In this document: piece by piece, positions 32,187 to 42,658 of the stretch | Position numbering within the stretch: the first letter of the stretch is position 1 | Layout: each line of letters begins with the position of its first letter | DNA from: Trichomonas gallinae | Lineage: Eukaryota | NCBI GenBank assembly: GCA_008369845.1 | Contig: MRSU01000696.1 | Coordinates: 1 to 58,937, forward strand | DNA: 58,937 nt | Direction of reading: 5' to 3' | Translations under genes and position numbers: made by a program | The notes under the pieces: model-generated | Database searches by the model: none | What the model was told of the DNA's origin: nothing | The model's input: the letters and a program-made list of their open reading frames with translations, nothing else

Positions 32187-35100
32187 TTAGAATACATCTA
32201 ACTTATCATTAGCAAATCTGATTCTATTCTCAAAGTTCTTCATCAATTTAACGATGCAAGTTTTGTCTGGCAAAGGCTTGATATTGATAATATCGTTGTT
32301 GAAATTATAAGCACCGAGGAAAGTTCCGTTGATAGAGAACAAAGCAATTTGTGTGGATCCCCAGACCCACAAGCATTGATCATTATCGAAATCAAGGCCA
32401 ACGATTGCGAAAGGAGTCTGAACTTTGCAATTTATTATTCCGCGCGCGAAATTCCAGAAATAAATATATTCATCCGTTGCTGAAGCAGCGAGCATGAAAT
32501 TCGAGCACACTGCTGATATAGATGAGTAGTCTATAGATATGTTGGACACAGGTGTGAGATTCGAAATGACTCCATTAAGGAAATTCACCAAGAAAACTGT
32601 CACGATGCCAAAAGAAAAGTCTGCGATGAGATATGCTCCGTCTTCTGACGCTGCTGTGTGTGACACGAAAACAAACTCTGGTATTTGAATTAATCTTTCT
32701 GAAGAACTGACACCGTTTGTTGAAAAGTCAACAATGGGACTGAGTTTGTGTGAAATTATCATCCCATCTGGCGTGTTAATTGTGAACTTCTTCCTTTTTT
32801 CTATCTTTAGGTCTATCCATCTTTCTGGTTGTCTCGCTTTATATTTCACGCCAAATTCACGGCAAATGTTTGAAATATCTTGATCTGAAATTAAAACTTC
32901 TTTGAGATTGTGTAATTCTGGAGTCAGTTCTTGTTTATTATGTGGAAGTTTTGGTTCTGTGCAATTAATATAGTTTTCCGAATTAATATCAATCAAAAAT
33001 CTCATCGAAGAAATCTTTCTTTCCTGCCACAATGTTATAAGATCGGAAGCAGTTCGGTGTTTAATGAAGCCAGGAGGAAGACGCTTGATCATATAAGATT
33101 TGCAACCAGGTAATATGTCGAGAACCAATTTTGGAGAAGTTGAAAAACTTAAATGAAGAGGTGAAGAGTTAATTCTCAACAATGTTAATGTTTTCTCTTT
33201 CATGACATAGTCAATAACATCATAGGGATTGATTATTAATACTGGGTGGCCGCAGAAAGACGTGAATTGGCCGTGTTCGTAGTTAACAATCTCTGTGTGA
33301 AGGGTTGCCCATGATGGAGTTTTCGCAAATGATAAATTTTCTCCGTCTGATGTTGCGCCAACGAGTAAAAGCATCGCAGGCGAGAAACAGAATAAAACTG
33401 ACTGTGATTCTCCCCAATACAATGAGTATGAGCCCTTGAATTGTCCGAATTTGAAGAATCTCTTCAAAAATGATTTGAACAAAATTGTTTCTGAAGCAAA
33501 AATCCATGATGTATATTTAACTATATTATCATCCTTTTGATGCGGTAGGACTGGATAATAGTTGTTTTTCTGGCCAGCTTCGATGAAAAGTTTGTCAGCA
33601 AACTCTTCAGCTATACTGCATTCTTCGACTAGTTTTATATCAGGACAGATCTTTTGTCTTAAAACGCAAGGCAGATTATATGGTTTTGTAAGTTTTGACA
33701 CGAAATAGTCTTCATGACTTTCTTTTAGCAAAATTTCGCTCTGCCAAACTGAAACAACGAAGCATTCAGTTTGTCTGATGCTTGCGAACGTGTTGTAGTC
33801 GAAGAGCTTCTGAAGCAAAGGAGAAGAAAGTCTTGAGAAAGCTTTGAACATGAAAAATGAAATAAAGGTTGTATTGGTTGTGTTTTTTGCGAATTTTTCA
33901 TAAGTTAAAATTGCTGATTCATCTTCTTTGATTTCTTTATTTATGTGAGCAATAGAAAACTCATTGATTGGATGTATTAATTCGCTGAAATCTATATCCG
34001 CTCCATGAATAAACTTTTGTATATTTTGGATATAAATCGCTGGATCTTTTTTGTCAACATTTTTAGTAATAAAATCTTTGATGTTTGCGAATATTTCTGC
34101 TGATGTTGCAATGTAATTTGCGATGGTTTCTTTGACTGATTTGGATTGGTTTGTAATCATCAACAAGAAAAGACTGACACTTATATATTCATTGTTGAAA
34201 TATTTTCGCAAATTTTCGAAAGAAATTTTGATTTCGTCTTCATTCATTTTAGGCAGAATGTAATAAACCAAGGCCTCCATCAAAAGTCCTCTAATTTTCT
34301 CATTGCATGCAATGAAATTCATTGACAGATTGACTATTTCTGACAGTTTATCATCAAATCCACCTCTGCAGATGATTTTTGCAAATGTCATCGCAATGAT
34401 ATCGAGCGAAGGAATTTTGAGGTTTGAGTTCATAACATTTTGCAATAAAACAGCAGAAAATTTTGGAATAATAAAAGGCTCGAATGTTGCACAGAAAGAA
34501 ATTAGTTGTCCTAATAATGGTGAGTCTTTGTTTGCTTTTAATAAATTCTTGATGAAATTCAAAAATCCGCAATTATCCAAAAAATCGATAAATGTTTTTC
34601 CGTCAATAACTGGCTTTAAATTAGCTTTCAATCCAAACTCTTCTATTGACTGAATGAAAGAGTCAACGTAGTTTTGTAATGCATGGACGGATAATGATGG
34701 CACCTGCATGTAATCTTTTTCATTTATAAAATCATTTCTCGTCTGTTCGTCGATAGAAAAAGTGTTGAAAATGCAAGAAGAAATTGTTGTATAGTCACTT
34801 TGCGTGAAGCTCAGATAATTCACATTTTGATTTGGAATTTTATCAATGATTTTTTGCAAGTCTTCGCCAATTAAAGCAGCGAAAGAGATCGGAATCATGA
34901 AGCAAAACAAAAAGATATAATTTCTGTTCGTGAAAATCTGATTATTTTTTGGAATTAAATTCGACAATACATTGAATCCATCTTTGACGATATTTTGCAA
35001 GTTATCATTTACATCTTGTCCAGATGCTATTGCATATGCTAATGCGCTGAAATTAGCGAAATGGACTGAACAAACGAAAGAAAACACTGATTCGTATTTG

Positions 35101-38100
35101 ATATTAATATCATTTGTTTTCAAGACTATTATTATTTCATCTGTTAATGTACTCCATGCGTTAAGATAGAAGACAGGACTTCCAATGAATCTAGGCATCA
35201 TTGGTGGCAAAATTAGTGATGAATATTTCTCTGGATTAATTTTTCTTAGTTCCAATAATAGCTCTAAAGCTTTTGAAACTGTTCTTTCGTGATTAATATT
35301 CGTGATTATTGCATTTATCCAGTTTGGTGGGATAAACTTGGAACAGAAGTCAACATTGAGAGTGAGCTGGTTTAATAGTTTTACTCCAAGATTTGGACTA
35401 ATATGAACTTTTTCTGAATTTAAGCCGAAAATTGTTGTGCAGAAAACTGTTAATATCGAATTCTCGTCATTTGTTGTCATTAACAGTTTAACTAAATCAT
35501 CGCCAAACTTAGAGGCCACATTTTCATCATCTATCATCATATATACACGCAATAAAAACGGAATCCAGCCCTGAGATACAACAAAATCTTTCAAGTTATT
35601 AATAAGTGAATTTGTTATCAATGAAATTAAAACGATTTTTTCGTTGTTGTCGAGCATCATCCATAGCTCAATGTCCAAGAATATTGACCTGAAAATATCT
35701 GCTGCTTTCTCTGTATCATAGTTTTCGAGAATGAAATTGATGATCATGTGATAAACTTCATTTGTAATTGGCCTGATATCTTTCAGAGTAGTAATCATAT
35801 AATACCAAAACGATTCATTCTTCATTCCTGAGTTTTTGTATAATGTTAAAACAGCCTCTGTGTTAAATATCAAGTCGTCAGCTGAGCCTTTGAGTATAGT
35901 AAACAGTTTCGAAATGAAAGCAGGTATATCTATGAAAGAAGAAAGCGGACGAGATTCGACTAAAGAAACACTTTCACCTAAATTCATCTTTTTCGTTCTA
36001 AAAGCAATTAGTGTTTCCATCTGAGAACACATAAAGTTGCCTGGTCCTTTCTGGCGACTGTTGCCTATGGATGCAATGTCTTGGAAAAGCGAATCGTAGA
36101 TTTTTATGTTCGCTGAAACTCTAAATTGAGAATTGCATGGAAAATTCGGGCTTCCTATATATATAGATTGGAACAGTTGCTCTGTTTGGAATTTATACTC
36201 TTGGTCGTCTATCATGATGTTAATCATCTCGGCGTACATCCATCCGCTGGACGAAATAAAAACGAAATGCCAATCATCTGTGTTAATTTTCATTCTTTTT
36301 TCTTCTATCGCCCACTTTATAGTTAGAATGTCTATATTTAGTGTGATTATGACGTCATTTCCTTGGAAAATTGTAATTTCGTGCGGATATTTAACATTGC
36401 ATTTAAACCAGAACGAAATACCAAAGAAAGGAGTATTTAACTCGATAAATGATGTTCCTTGGCTAGGAAGGAATTCGAAGAAAGGGAAGTTTTCACTGTT
36501 TGGCGAAACTAATTCCCATAATTTGTATTTATCGATTAAGTTTAATGCAATACTTGTGTTAAGATTACTATTTGCTATTAGATTCAAGTTAGGTACTGGT
36601 TTTCCGAGTCTTTCATAGATTGGCAAGGCATATTTCGCTAAATTCATTATATCTGTTGCTTGTATTGTTTCTAATGGGAAATCAAGGAAAGGCATAAATG
36701 TAGGAAGCCTTATTGGATTTATTCTCTTCGGATCTAATAATAATCTTCTGTAGCAATCTTTAGATAATCTGAAAAATCTGTGTTCAGGAGACATGTTCAT
36801 AATATAGTGGTTAAGGGCTTTGTTGAATGGATGGGAACTCATTGCTATCAGCATATCAGTGATGCTATCATCAGAAAGATCTGCGCGATTAAAAATTTCT
36901 TTGAGTATTGGAAATCCTCCATAGTTGATGAATATAGTCACATTGTCCTGTGAGTGGTTGAAAAATGACGTTAGAGCTGAAAATAGAGGTAATGAAAAAT
37001 TTCTGCTTAAATTCAAAGCGAAAAGCTTGATTTTCTCAGCGGAAAAATTGATAGAAAGAAGGTTACTGATCAAATTTACATATGAATTAGTCGAAGGGAA
37101 AAGATCTGATAATTCAAAAATTCTTTTCATTAAAGGAAGCTGTTTTTCTGTTGTGTTTGTGTAGAATATGAGCAAAAGATCAGATATTGACTTGTAATCT
37201 GAGATGAGATTGCACAGTTTTTCCGGATTTTGATTAGACATGAAAAATTCTTCATATTTTGGTGAATTCAGAGGTGTAATTGTTATCAAATTCATATTCA
37301 CTACATTTTCAATTGATGGAGCCAGTTTTTGGATTCTTTCCAAGAGATTTTCTGTATTGAGCATTAATATAATGATATCTGATAAATTAGAATATTGTCT
37401 GTTAATAAGTGATGCCAATATATTGATAATTGAGTTAGCTCTAATGAGATTTTGGTGTTCAAACAAAGATGTGAAATTTATTGATTTATCAAATGCATTC
37501 AAGTCTATTGAAGGATCTATAATGATATCAGATAATGCTAAAAAGATTAGTTCTATGTTTTCTAGGCAGTCAACTTGAATGGTTTTGGAAATAAAATCTG
37601 AAACATAAGAATTAGGCAGTGTTTTCGATTCCCCATGGTATGTTTTCAGTAGTGACTTGAAGTAGTTTCTAATGGCAGTAGAATGAAACTGCTGCAGCGA
37701 ATTATAAATTATACTAATTCCGTCTAATTGCATAAATTTCTTGAAAACAGATGCATTTTTCGATGAAGCTTTCTCTACGAATGAAGAAATGAAGTTTGCT
37801 GTATTTCCGATTGTTTCGGAAGTATATTTGCTTTGTTTTATGTTGTTTACAACGAGTTGTATTATGTTTAGAACTTTTGGCAGCGTTATCGACTGAAAAT
37901 GAACGACTCTTGAGAATATTTCGGTAAAATGATTAAATGAAATGACTTTTGATTCGTCTGTCATTAAACTTTCGACGAATTCTGTAAAGTAGTCAGCGAA
38001 AAAGAAGGTTTTGATGAATGTTGGGAACATACAAAGCGTAGATAAAAAGGAAAGTTGCGAATGTAAGTCAGCATCTTCTTTTATATTGTCAATGATCATT

Positions 38101-38474
38101 GAAACGATCAGTTTGTAGTTGGCTGACTCAGGTAAGTCGTTATAAAAGGATCCGATTATGATTAAAACTTGAAAAATATCTGATAAAGTTGTAGTATCAT
38201 TCGGAATGAATGCAAACAGTTGCAATATGGTTTCTGCGAGTTTCCATGCTTCCTTTTTGAATTTTTTGTTCTTTTGCGTGTTTTCAATATCTAATCCGCA
38301 AACGAATGGAAATTCTTTTACTATGTTGAGCATTTCGAATACGCGAGAGGAGTCTTTCTTCCCTTTGTTAAGATTCTTCATCTTAACAATAAAACTCTCG
38401 ACAATATTCATAGGAATGTCAAATTGACGGAAATTTATTTCAAATTTGTCAAACATCATATATAGATAATACAT
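32187..38474 (-). CDS. Beige/BEACH-family-like giant protein (ARM - ConA-like - ARM - PH-like - truncated BEACH - WD40)
   Basis: 2095 aa. ConA/LamG-like GISFWFK...DDWHFVFI, BEACH-start-like LWQERKISSMRFLIDIN, and C-terminal WD-like repeats (YIYFWN, IALFSINGTFL). Start uncertain. Confidence 0.65.
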   Translation of the reverse strand: MYYLYMMFDKFEINFRQFDIPMNIVESFIVKMKNLNKGKKDSSRVFEMLNIVKEFPFVCGLDIENTQKNKKFKKEAWKLAETILQLFAFIPNDTTTLSDIFQVLIIIGSFYNDLPESANYKLIVSMIIDNIKEDADLHSQLSFLSTLCMFPTFIKTFFFADYFTEFVESLMTDESKVISFNHFTEIFSRVVHFQSITLPKVLNIIQLVVNNIKQSKYTSETIGNTANFISSFVEKASSKNASVFKKFMQLDGISIIYNSLQQFHSTAIRNYFKSLLKTYHGESKTLPNSYVSDFISKTIQVDCLENIELIFLALSDIIIDPSIDLNAFDKSINFTSLFEHQNLIRANSIINILASLINRQYSNLSDIIILMLNTENLLERIQKLAPSIENVVNMNLITITPLNSPKYEEFFMSNQNPEKLCNLISDYKSISDLLLIFYTNTTEKQLPLMKRIFELSDLFPSTNSYVNLISNLLSINFSAEKIKLFALNLSRNFSLPLFSALTSFFNHSQDNVTIFINYGGFPILKEIFNRADLSDDSITDMLIAMSSHPFNKALNHYIMNMSPEHRFFRLSKDCYRRLLLDPKRINPIRLPTFMPFLDFPLETIQATDIMNLAKYALPIYERLGKPVPNLNLIANSNLNTSIALNLIDKYKLWELVSPNSENFPFFEFLPSQGTSFIELNTPFFGISFWFKCNVKYPHEITIFQGNDVIITLNIDILTIKWAIEEKRMKINTDDWHFVFISSSGWMYAEMINIMIDDQEYKFQTEQLFQSIYIGSPNFPCNSQFRVSANIKIYDSLFQDIASIGNSRQKGPGNFMCSQMETLIAFRTKKMNLGESVSLVESRPLSSFIDIPAFISKLFTILKGSADDLIFNTEAVLTLYKNSGMKNESFWYYMITTLKDIRPITNEVYHMIINFILENYDTEKAADIFRSIFLDIELWMMLDNNEKIVLISLITNSLINNLKDFVVSQGWIPFLLRVYMMIDDENVASKFGDDLVKLLMTTNDENSILTVFCTTIFGLNSEKVHISPNLGVKLLNQLTLNVDFCSKFIPPNWINAIITNINHERTVSKALELLLELRKINPEKYSSLILPPMMPRFIGSPVFYLNAWSTLTDEIIIVLKTNDINIKYESVFSFVCSVHFANFSALAYAIASGQDVNDNLQNIVKDGFNVLSNLIPKNNQIFTNRNYIFLFCFMIPISFAALIGEDLQKIIDKIPNQNVNYLSFTQSDYTTISSCIFNTFSIDEQTRNDFINEKDYMQVPSLSVHALQNYVDSFIQSIEEFGLKANLKPVIDGKTFIDFLDNCGFLNFIKNLLKANKDSPLLGQLISFCATFEPFIIPKFSAVLLQNVMNSNLKIPSLDIIAMTFAKIICRGGFDDKLSEIVNLSMNFIACNEKIRGLLMEALVYYILPKMNEDEIKISFENLRKYFNNEYISVSLFLLMITNQSKSVKETIANYIATSAEIFANIKDFITKNVDKKDPAIYIQNIQKFIHGADIDFSELIHPINEFSIAHINKEIKEDESAILTYEKFAKNTTNTTFISFFMFKAFSRLSSPLLQKLFDYNTFASIRQTECFVVSVWQSEILLKESHEDYFVSKLTKPYNLPCVLRQKICPDIKLVEECSIAEEFADKLFIEAGQKNNYYPVLPHQKDDNIVKYTSWIFASETILFKSFLKRFFKFGQFKGSYSLYWGESQSVLFCFSPAMLLLVGATSDGENLSFAKTPSWATLHTEIVNYEHGQFTSFCGHPVLIINPYDVIDYVMKEKTLTLLRINSSPLHLSFSTSPKLVLDILPGCKSYMIKRLPPGFIKHRTASDLITLWQERKISSMRFLIDINSENYINCTEPKLPHNKQELTPELHNLKEVLISDQDISNICREFGVKYKARQPERWIDLKIEKRKKFTINTPDGMIISHKLSPIVDFSTNGVSSSERLIQIPEFVFVSHTAASEDGAYLIADFSFGIVTVFLVNFLNGVISNLTPVSNISIDYSSISAVCSNFMLAASATDEYIYFWNFARGIINCKVQTPFAIVGLDFDNDQCLWVWGSTQIALFSINGTFLGAYNFNNDIINIKPLPDKTCIVKLMKNFENRIRFANDKLDVF

Positions 38475-38986
38475 CTATTATACATCAATATTTATTAATT
38501 ACATTTGAAATATTTCAACTTTTTGATATAAATTTGAATAATTTTTAATGACTATTTCAGATTTTTCTTATAAAAAGTGACATTTTTGAATAACTGTGTT
38601 TCGTTTTTTTTTTTTTTTTTTTTCAAATATGATTTAGAACAAATTTTGATATATAATACTACAGCTTAAGTAAGTCAGGATGATCTAAGAAGGTTCATTT
38701 GGAGCATGGCGCAAGCTCTGGGATAAATCAAATAAATTCTCAATGAAATATATTTTAATAATCCTGACTTTTACAGCCGAATCAGTGTCCATAATAAAAT
38801 GTTTTGGTTATCCATAACCAGGATGTTATGTCAATATATATCAAAAACAAATCATTTGACATTTTGCCACATAAAGTTTACACTTTGCCATATAAAAGTG
38901 ACTCAATAACTCATTTATATGATTAGGTATCATTAGTTTGTTATAATGGGAAATTTTTGAAGTGAAATAAAATTTGACATCTGCTG

Positions 38987-39709
38987 ATGAGTGAACAAGC
39001 AAACTTTTCAGAGGAACAAGTTTCCGTATTGAACTGGTTTGGTTCTAAGGGCTTCATTAAGAAAGGCATCTTCATTAGAGCCACAAAAGAAGAGGCAACA
39101 AAAGCCGCTATAAGCAAATATGGAGGCGTTGTTCCACATCTTCCTGGAGAAGGACCAGTAAAGAGCCCAGATGGCAGCCATGATCTCGAACTTGCTGTCC
39201 AATTATATGTTCCTCAACTTCCAGAAAATGTCCAGAGACTTTTCCCACAGAATCTCCAAGACGCTTTAATTCTCATGTTCGTTGACACAGAGGATTCACC
39301 AGAAAATGGTCCTCTTCCTGTTAGAATCTACCACAAAGATGATATTGCAAAACTCGAGCTTGCACCAGCCAAAGAAGAGGGACGCATTGAGTCAGCAATT
39401 TTCACATCATACGAACCAATTGATACATACAATGATTCAGGAAATGAATTCCTCGAAGTCATGGGTGAGGTTGATGGCCTCGTTGTTGAAGAACTTATGC
39501 TCAACATCAGACAGAATCGCGATACAAACTGCTATTTCGGCGGTTTCCCATACTATGTTCAGGGTGAATCAACACCAGGCGACAATTGGTCTCTTTTATT
39601 GAACTTACAGGATGATCAGTACTTCTCCTACATGTGGGGTGATGCTGGAACAGCCCAGATCTGGATCAATCCAGAAGGCGAATTCGAATTAACATGGCAA
39701 TGCGGTTAA
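38987..39709 (+). CDS. YwqG / DUF1963 family protein (bacterial type)
   Basis: SKYGGVVP.LP, LAVQL, FGGFPYYVQ, LLLNL, MWGDAGTAQIW, terminal WQC. Confidence 0.85.
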   Translation: MSEQANFSEEQVSVLNWFGSKGFIKKGIFIRATKEEATKAAISKYGGVVPHLPGEGPVKSPDGSHDLELAVQLYVPQLPENVQRLFPQNLQDALILMFVDTEDSPENGPLPVRIYHKDDIAKLELAPAKEEGRIESAIFTSYEPIDTYNDSGNEFLEVMGEVDGLVVEELMLNIRQNRDTNCYFGGFPYYVQGESTPGDNWSLLLNLQDDQYFSYMWGDAGTAQIWINPEGEFELTWQCG

Positions 39710-39801
39710 AAATCATAAATTAAAAAGTAGAATTTAGCTATTTTAAACAGGAATCTTTTAATGGAATAAAATATAAAATTAATGTACAAAAAATTAAAAA
39801 A

Positions 39802-40728
39802 TTAGTCCATTTTTTCTTTCTTATATGGCTCAAGAAGGCGGACGATCGATGATGGTATGATAGAATACTGGTAAGCGTGCTTAATGAATGGATGGAATAT
39901 TGCAACAATAACCCAAGCCCAATAAAACAGCTGGATGTATGTGTTTCTAAGGATGTTCCAGTACGGTGATGGCATGTTGATTGTAACTGTTGGAACGTTG
40001 AACTTTATTGTGAAACTTGTCTTATCTGTAAGATTTGCGTTTGCTGATGATTTAATATCTGTTCCAACGAATGATGTGTCTATTGGAGAAACAGAGAATG
40101 TTTCGTAGATGTGATCAATCGTGAAAACATCGTTGTAATTTACTGGATCAATAGCATCGAGGAAATGAGCTAAAGTATCATTGATTTGGATGAGATCACC
40201 AGACTGGCGCATCATTAAGCTGCCTGAATATGTGTATGTGTTGTAAGATGTTTCGCATGGGAAACTTATGCTAATGTATGAATAGATTTTAGGCTTTCCA
40301 TAGTAGTTAAAGCGGAAAGACAAAGGAATGATAAGCTGTGCATCAATCATCTTAAAATCAGTTTCAGAAGGAACAATTAAAGAAATATTAACACGGCCGT
40401 AAGGATCAATCATAGAACGATATATTGGTGCACTTCTAAGTGGAACAATGCTGTGTCTCTGGAAAGCAGGGAAATTGCAGCCTAAATAAGAATATGTTTC
40501 ATTATCTTTAACGAGAGTGCCTTTGACAAAGTAGTACGACGGAATTTCAAGCGTTGGCTTATCTTTTGACTGAATTGAATCAGGCGCAATGTAATATGTC
40601 ATAATAACAAACCAGCATGTCATTAAAATAAGGACTATTGGTGATATAAGCTTGATGAGGAATCCACAAGAGCATCTACTGCCCCTATATTGGATTGGCT
40701 CAGGTGCATCTTTCCATAATGTGAACAT
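39802..40728 (-). CDS. TMEM231: Transmembrane protein 231-like (ciliary transition zone, MKS module)
   Basis: N-terminal P.QYRGSRCS before TM1, SGSLMMRQ, F.VP......PSPYWNIL..TYIQ before TM2. Two-TM topology, ~308 aa. Confidence 0.72.
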   Translation of the reverse strand: MFTLWKDAPEPIQYRGSRCSCGFLIKLISPIVLILMTCWFVIMTYYIAPDSIQSKDKPTLEIPSYYFVKGTLVKDNETYSYLGCNFPAFQRHSIVPLRSAPIYRSMIDPYGRVNISLIVPSETDFKMIDAQLIIPLSFRFNYYGKPKIYSYISISFPCETSYNTYTYSGSLMMRQSGDLIQINDTLAHFLDAIDPVNYNDVFTIDHIYETFSVSPIDTSFVGTDIKSSANANLTDKTSFTIKFNVPTVTINMPSPYWNILRNTYIQLFYWAWVIVAIFHPFIKHAYQYSIIPSSIVRLLEPYKKEKMD

Positions 40729-40752
40729 ATATTATTTTGAAACGAGAATAAT

Positions 40753-40759
40753 AACCGTT
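40753..40759. promoter_or_regulatory. M3-like (Myb-type) core promoter element AACCGTT/AACGGTT in a 126-bp divergent promoter
   Basis: Matches the trichomonad M3 consensus DRCSGYT on both strands, about 25 bp upstream of the TMEM231 ATG. Confidence 0.45.
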
Positions 40760-40854
40760 TATAGTTTTTCCTGTCACGTTTTTGCATTTTTTCTTTTTTA
40801 TTAACATATTTATAATCTATCATGAAAATTAGTTTATTTTATTAAAATATTTTA

Positions 40855-42003
40855 ATGTTTTGTGCAATTTTATTTTCATCATTACTTTATTTTGGGTCTT
40901 GTGAGCGTTGGGCTGTGCTTTATGCTGGCTCTAACTCATACGAAAACTATAGACATCACGCAAATGTAGATACAATCTATAAATTATTAATTGATAATGG
41001 ATTTAACTCCGAAAAGATAATCATTTGCCAGTATAATGATATTCCTTATGAAGCCCATAATCCATTGCCAGGCAAGTTATTCCATTCAAGTGTACATTCA
41101 ACGAATGTTTTTCCAGGAAGTTCTGTTCTGAACTATTCTGGCCCAAGAGTTACAGCTGATCTGTTTTATAAGATCATATCCGGCAATGATTTACTACAAT
41201 CTACATCAGATGATGATGTTTTTGTTTATTATGATAATCATGGCGGACCTGGATTTTTAGGAGTACCAGAGGGTGATAGTATAACTGCAGATAAGCTTAG
41301 TGATGCATTCAAACAACTAGAGAACAAAAAAATGTATAAAAATTTATTATTCATGATTAGCGCCTGCTATTCATTATCAATGACACACAATATCACAAAT
41401 CGCAACATGGCAATTATCACTTCATCAAATGATGTTCAGCAAGCTCACGCAATTGATTTTGATAATCTATTAGGCGTTTATGTAACAAATGAATTCAACT
41501 ATGGACTAGATTTATACGCTCGCCGCAATATTCACATGAATTTAGGTGAATTTTATAACAGATTGAAATTTATTTCAAAAGAATCAGATGTTTGCTGGGT
41601 TGGAGATGAAGCAATGAAAGATTTGAAGCTTTCACAGTTTATTGGCTCAGATAATCAATGCAAAGACTTCAAAATTGAATTTTCACACGATTTATTACCA
41701 GAACACAGCGCACCAGTAGATCCAGTTAAAGCAACACTAAGAACAATAACATATCCTGAAGAATATAATGCAAGAATCAAAGAAATAGAATTAACAAGAA
41801 AAAGATTTGAAAAATTGAAAAGGTTCTCACCAAATGCGCCATTTTCTAACGCATATACATCTGATTACTTTGAGTTAATCCAATACTATGAGAGCAAATT
41901 TGGAAAATTGCATCCTGATGATTATGGTTATCTTCAAGCATTGAACGATATTGTCCAATATGAAGGCAAGCGAAAAGCTTATGAGTTTATTGACTTATTA
42001 TAG
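40855..42003 (+). CDS. Legumain-like asparaginyl endopeptidase (clan CD, family C13)
   Basis: Signal peptide, WAVL.AGSN.Y.NYRH.A, catalytic His in YYDNHGGPG and catalytic Cys in MISACYS. Confidence 0.95.
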   Translation: MFCAILFSSLLYFGSCERWAVLYAGSNSYENYRHHANVDTIYKLLIDNGFNSEKIIICQYNDIPYEAHNPLPGKLFHSSVHSTNVFPGSSVLNYSGPRVTADLFYKIISGNDLLQSTSDDDVFVYYDNHGGPGFLGVPEGDSITADKLSDAFKQLENKKMYKNLLFMISACYSLSMTHNITNRNMAIITSSNDVQQAHAIDFDNLLGVYVTNEFNYGLDLYARRNIHMNLGEFYNRLKFISKESDVCWVGDEAMKDLKLSQFIGSDNQCKDFKIEFSHDLLPEHSAPVDPVKATLRTITYPEEYNARIKEIELTRKRFEKLKRFSPNAPFSNAYTSDYFELIQYYESKFGKLHPDDYGYLQALNDIVQYEGKRKAYEFIDLL

Positions 42004-42658
42004 ATTTTAGAGTTTGATATCAACAAAATATCATAGTTTTATTGATTTATGCAATGGTTCCAATTTTGAATCAATTGGCTTAATTATTGACAAGGATTGT
42101 TATATATGCTTTTAAGAGCAAAGATTAAAACACCATAATAAATTCAACAAATAAGGAAATTTTAAGATATCATTAGTACAATAAGGTTTAATTTGATTTG
42201 GAAAATTATTTTAATCCTTATCAGATCATGAAAAATTATTTATAGAATGATTCCTTTCATATTAATTATATCAGTTTTGATGATAAAGGAAGTCAATAAC
42301 ATTATCGCTTCACAGATACAGATCAAAAAATGATTTTTATTAATAAAACTGTTAATTTCTCTTTTAAAAATCTTATATTGAAGATATTTTAACGTTAAAA
42401 AAAGGCCCAATTTTGAAATATTAAAACAAGAATTTTGTTTTTGGAGGATAATTTCACTTTTTTGCGGCGCAAATTGTTGATAACATCAAATAGATATAAA
42501 TGGAACAAAAATATTTGATTTGTTTAGGCTTCTCAATTTTTTTAATTAAAAAAACGTTATTTCATTTTATTGATTTTTATTTATATTCTTATTATCATTG
42601 GTTCATAATCATGATAAATTTGAATTCAAAATCTAAAAATAATCAAAAAAATAATTCA

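Noticed and set aside
42500..42658. N-terminal extension of the M60-like ORF as a signal peptide
   Set aside because: Very AT-rich, UTR/promoter-like sequence. MGCAHS at 42659 is a more plausible start.
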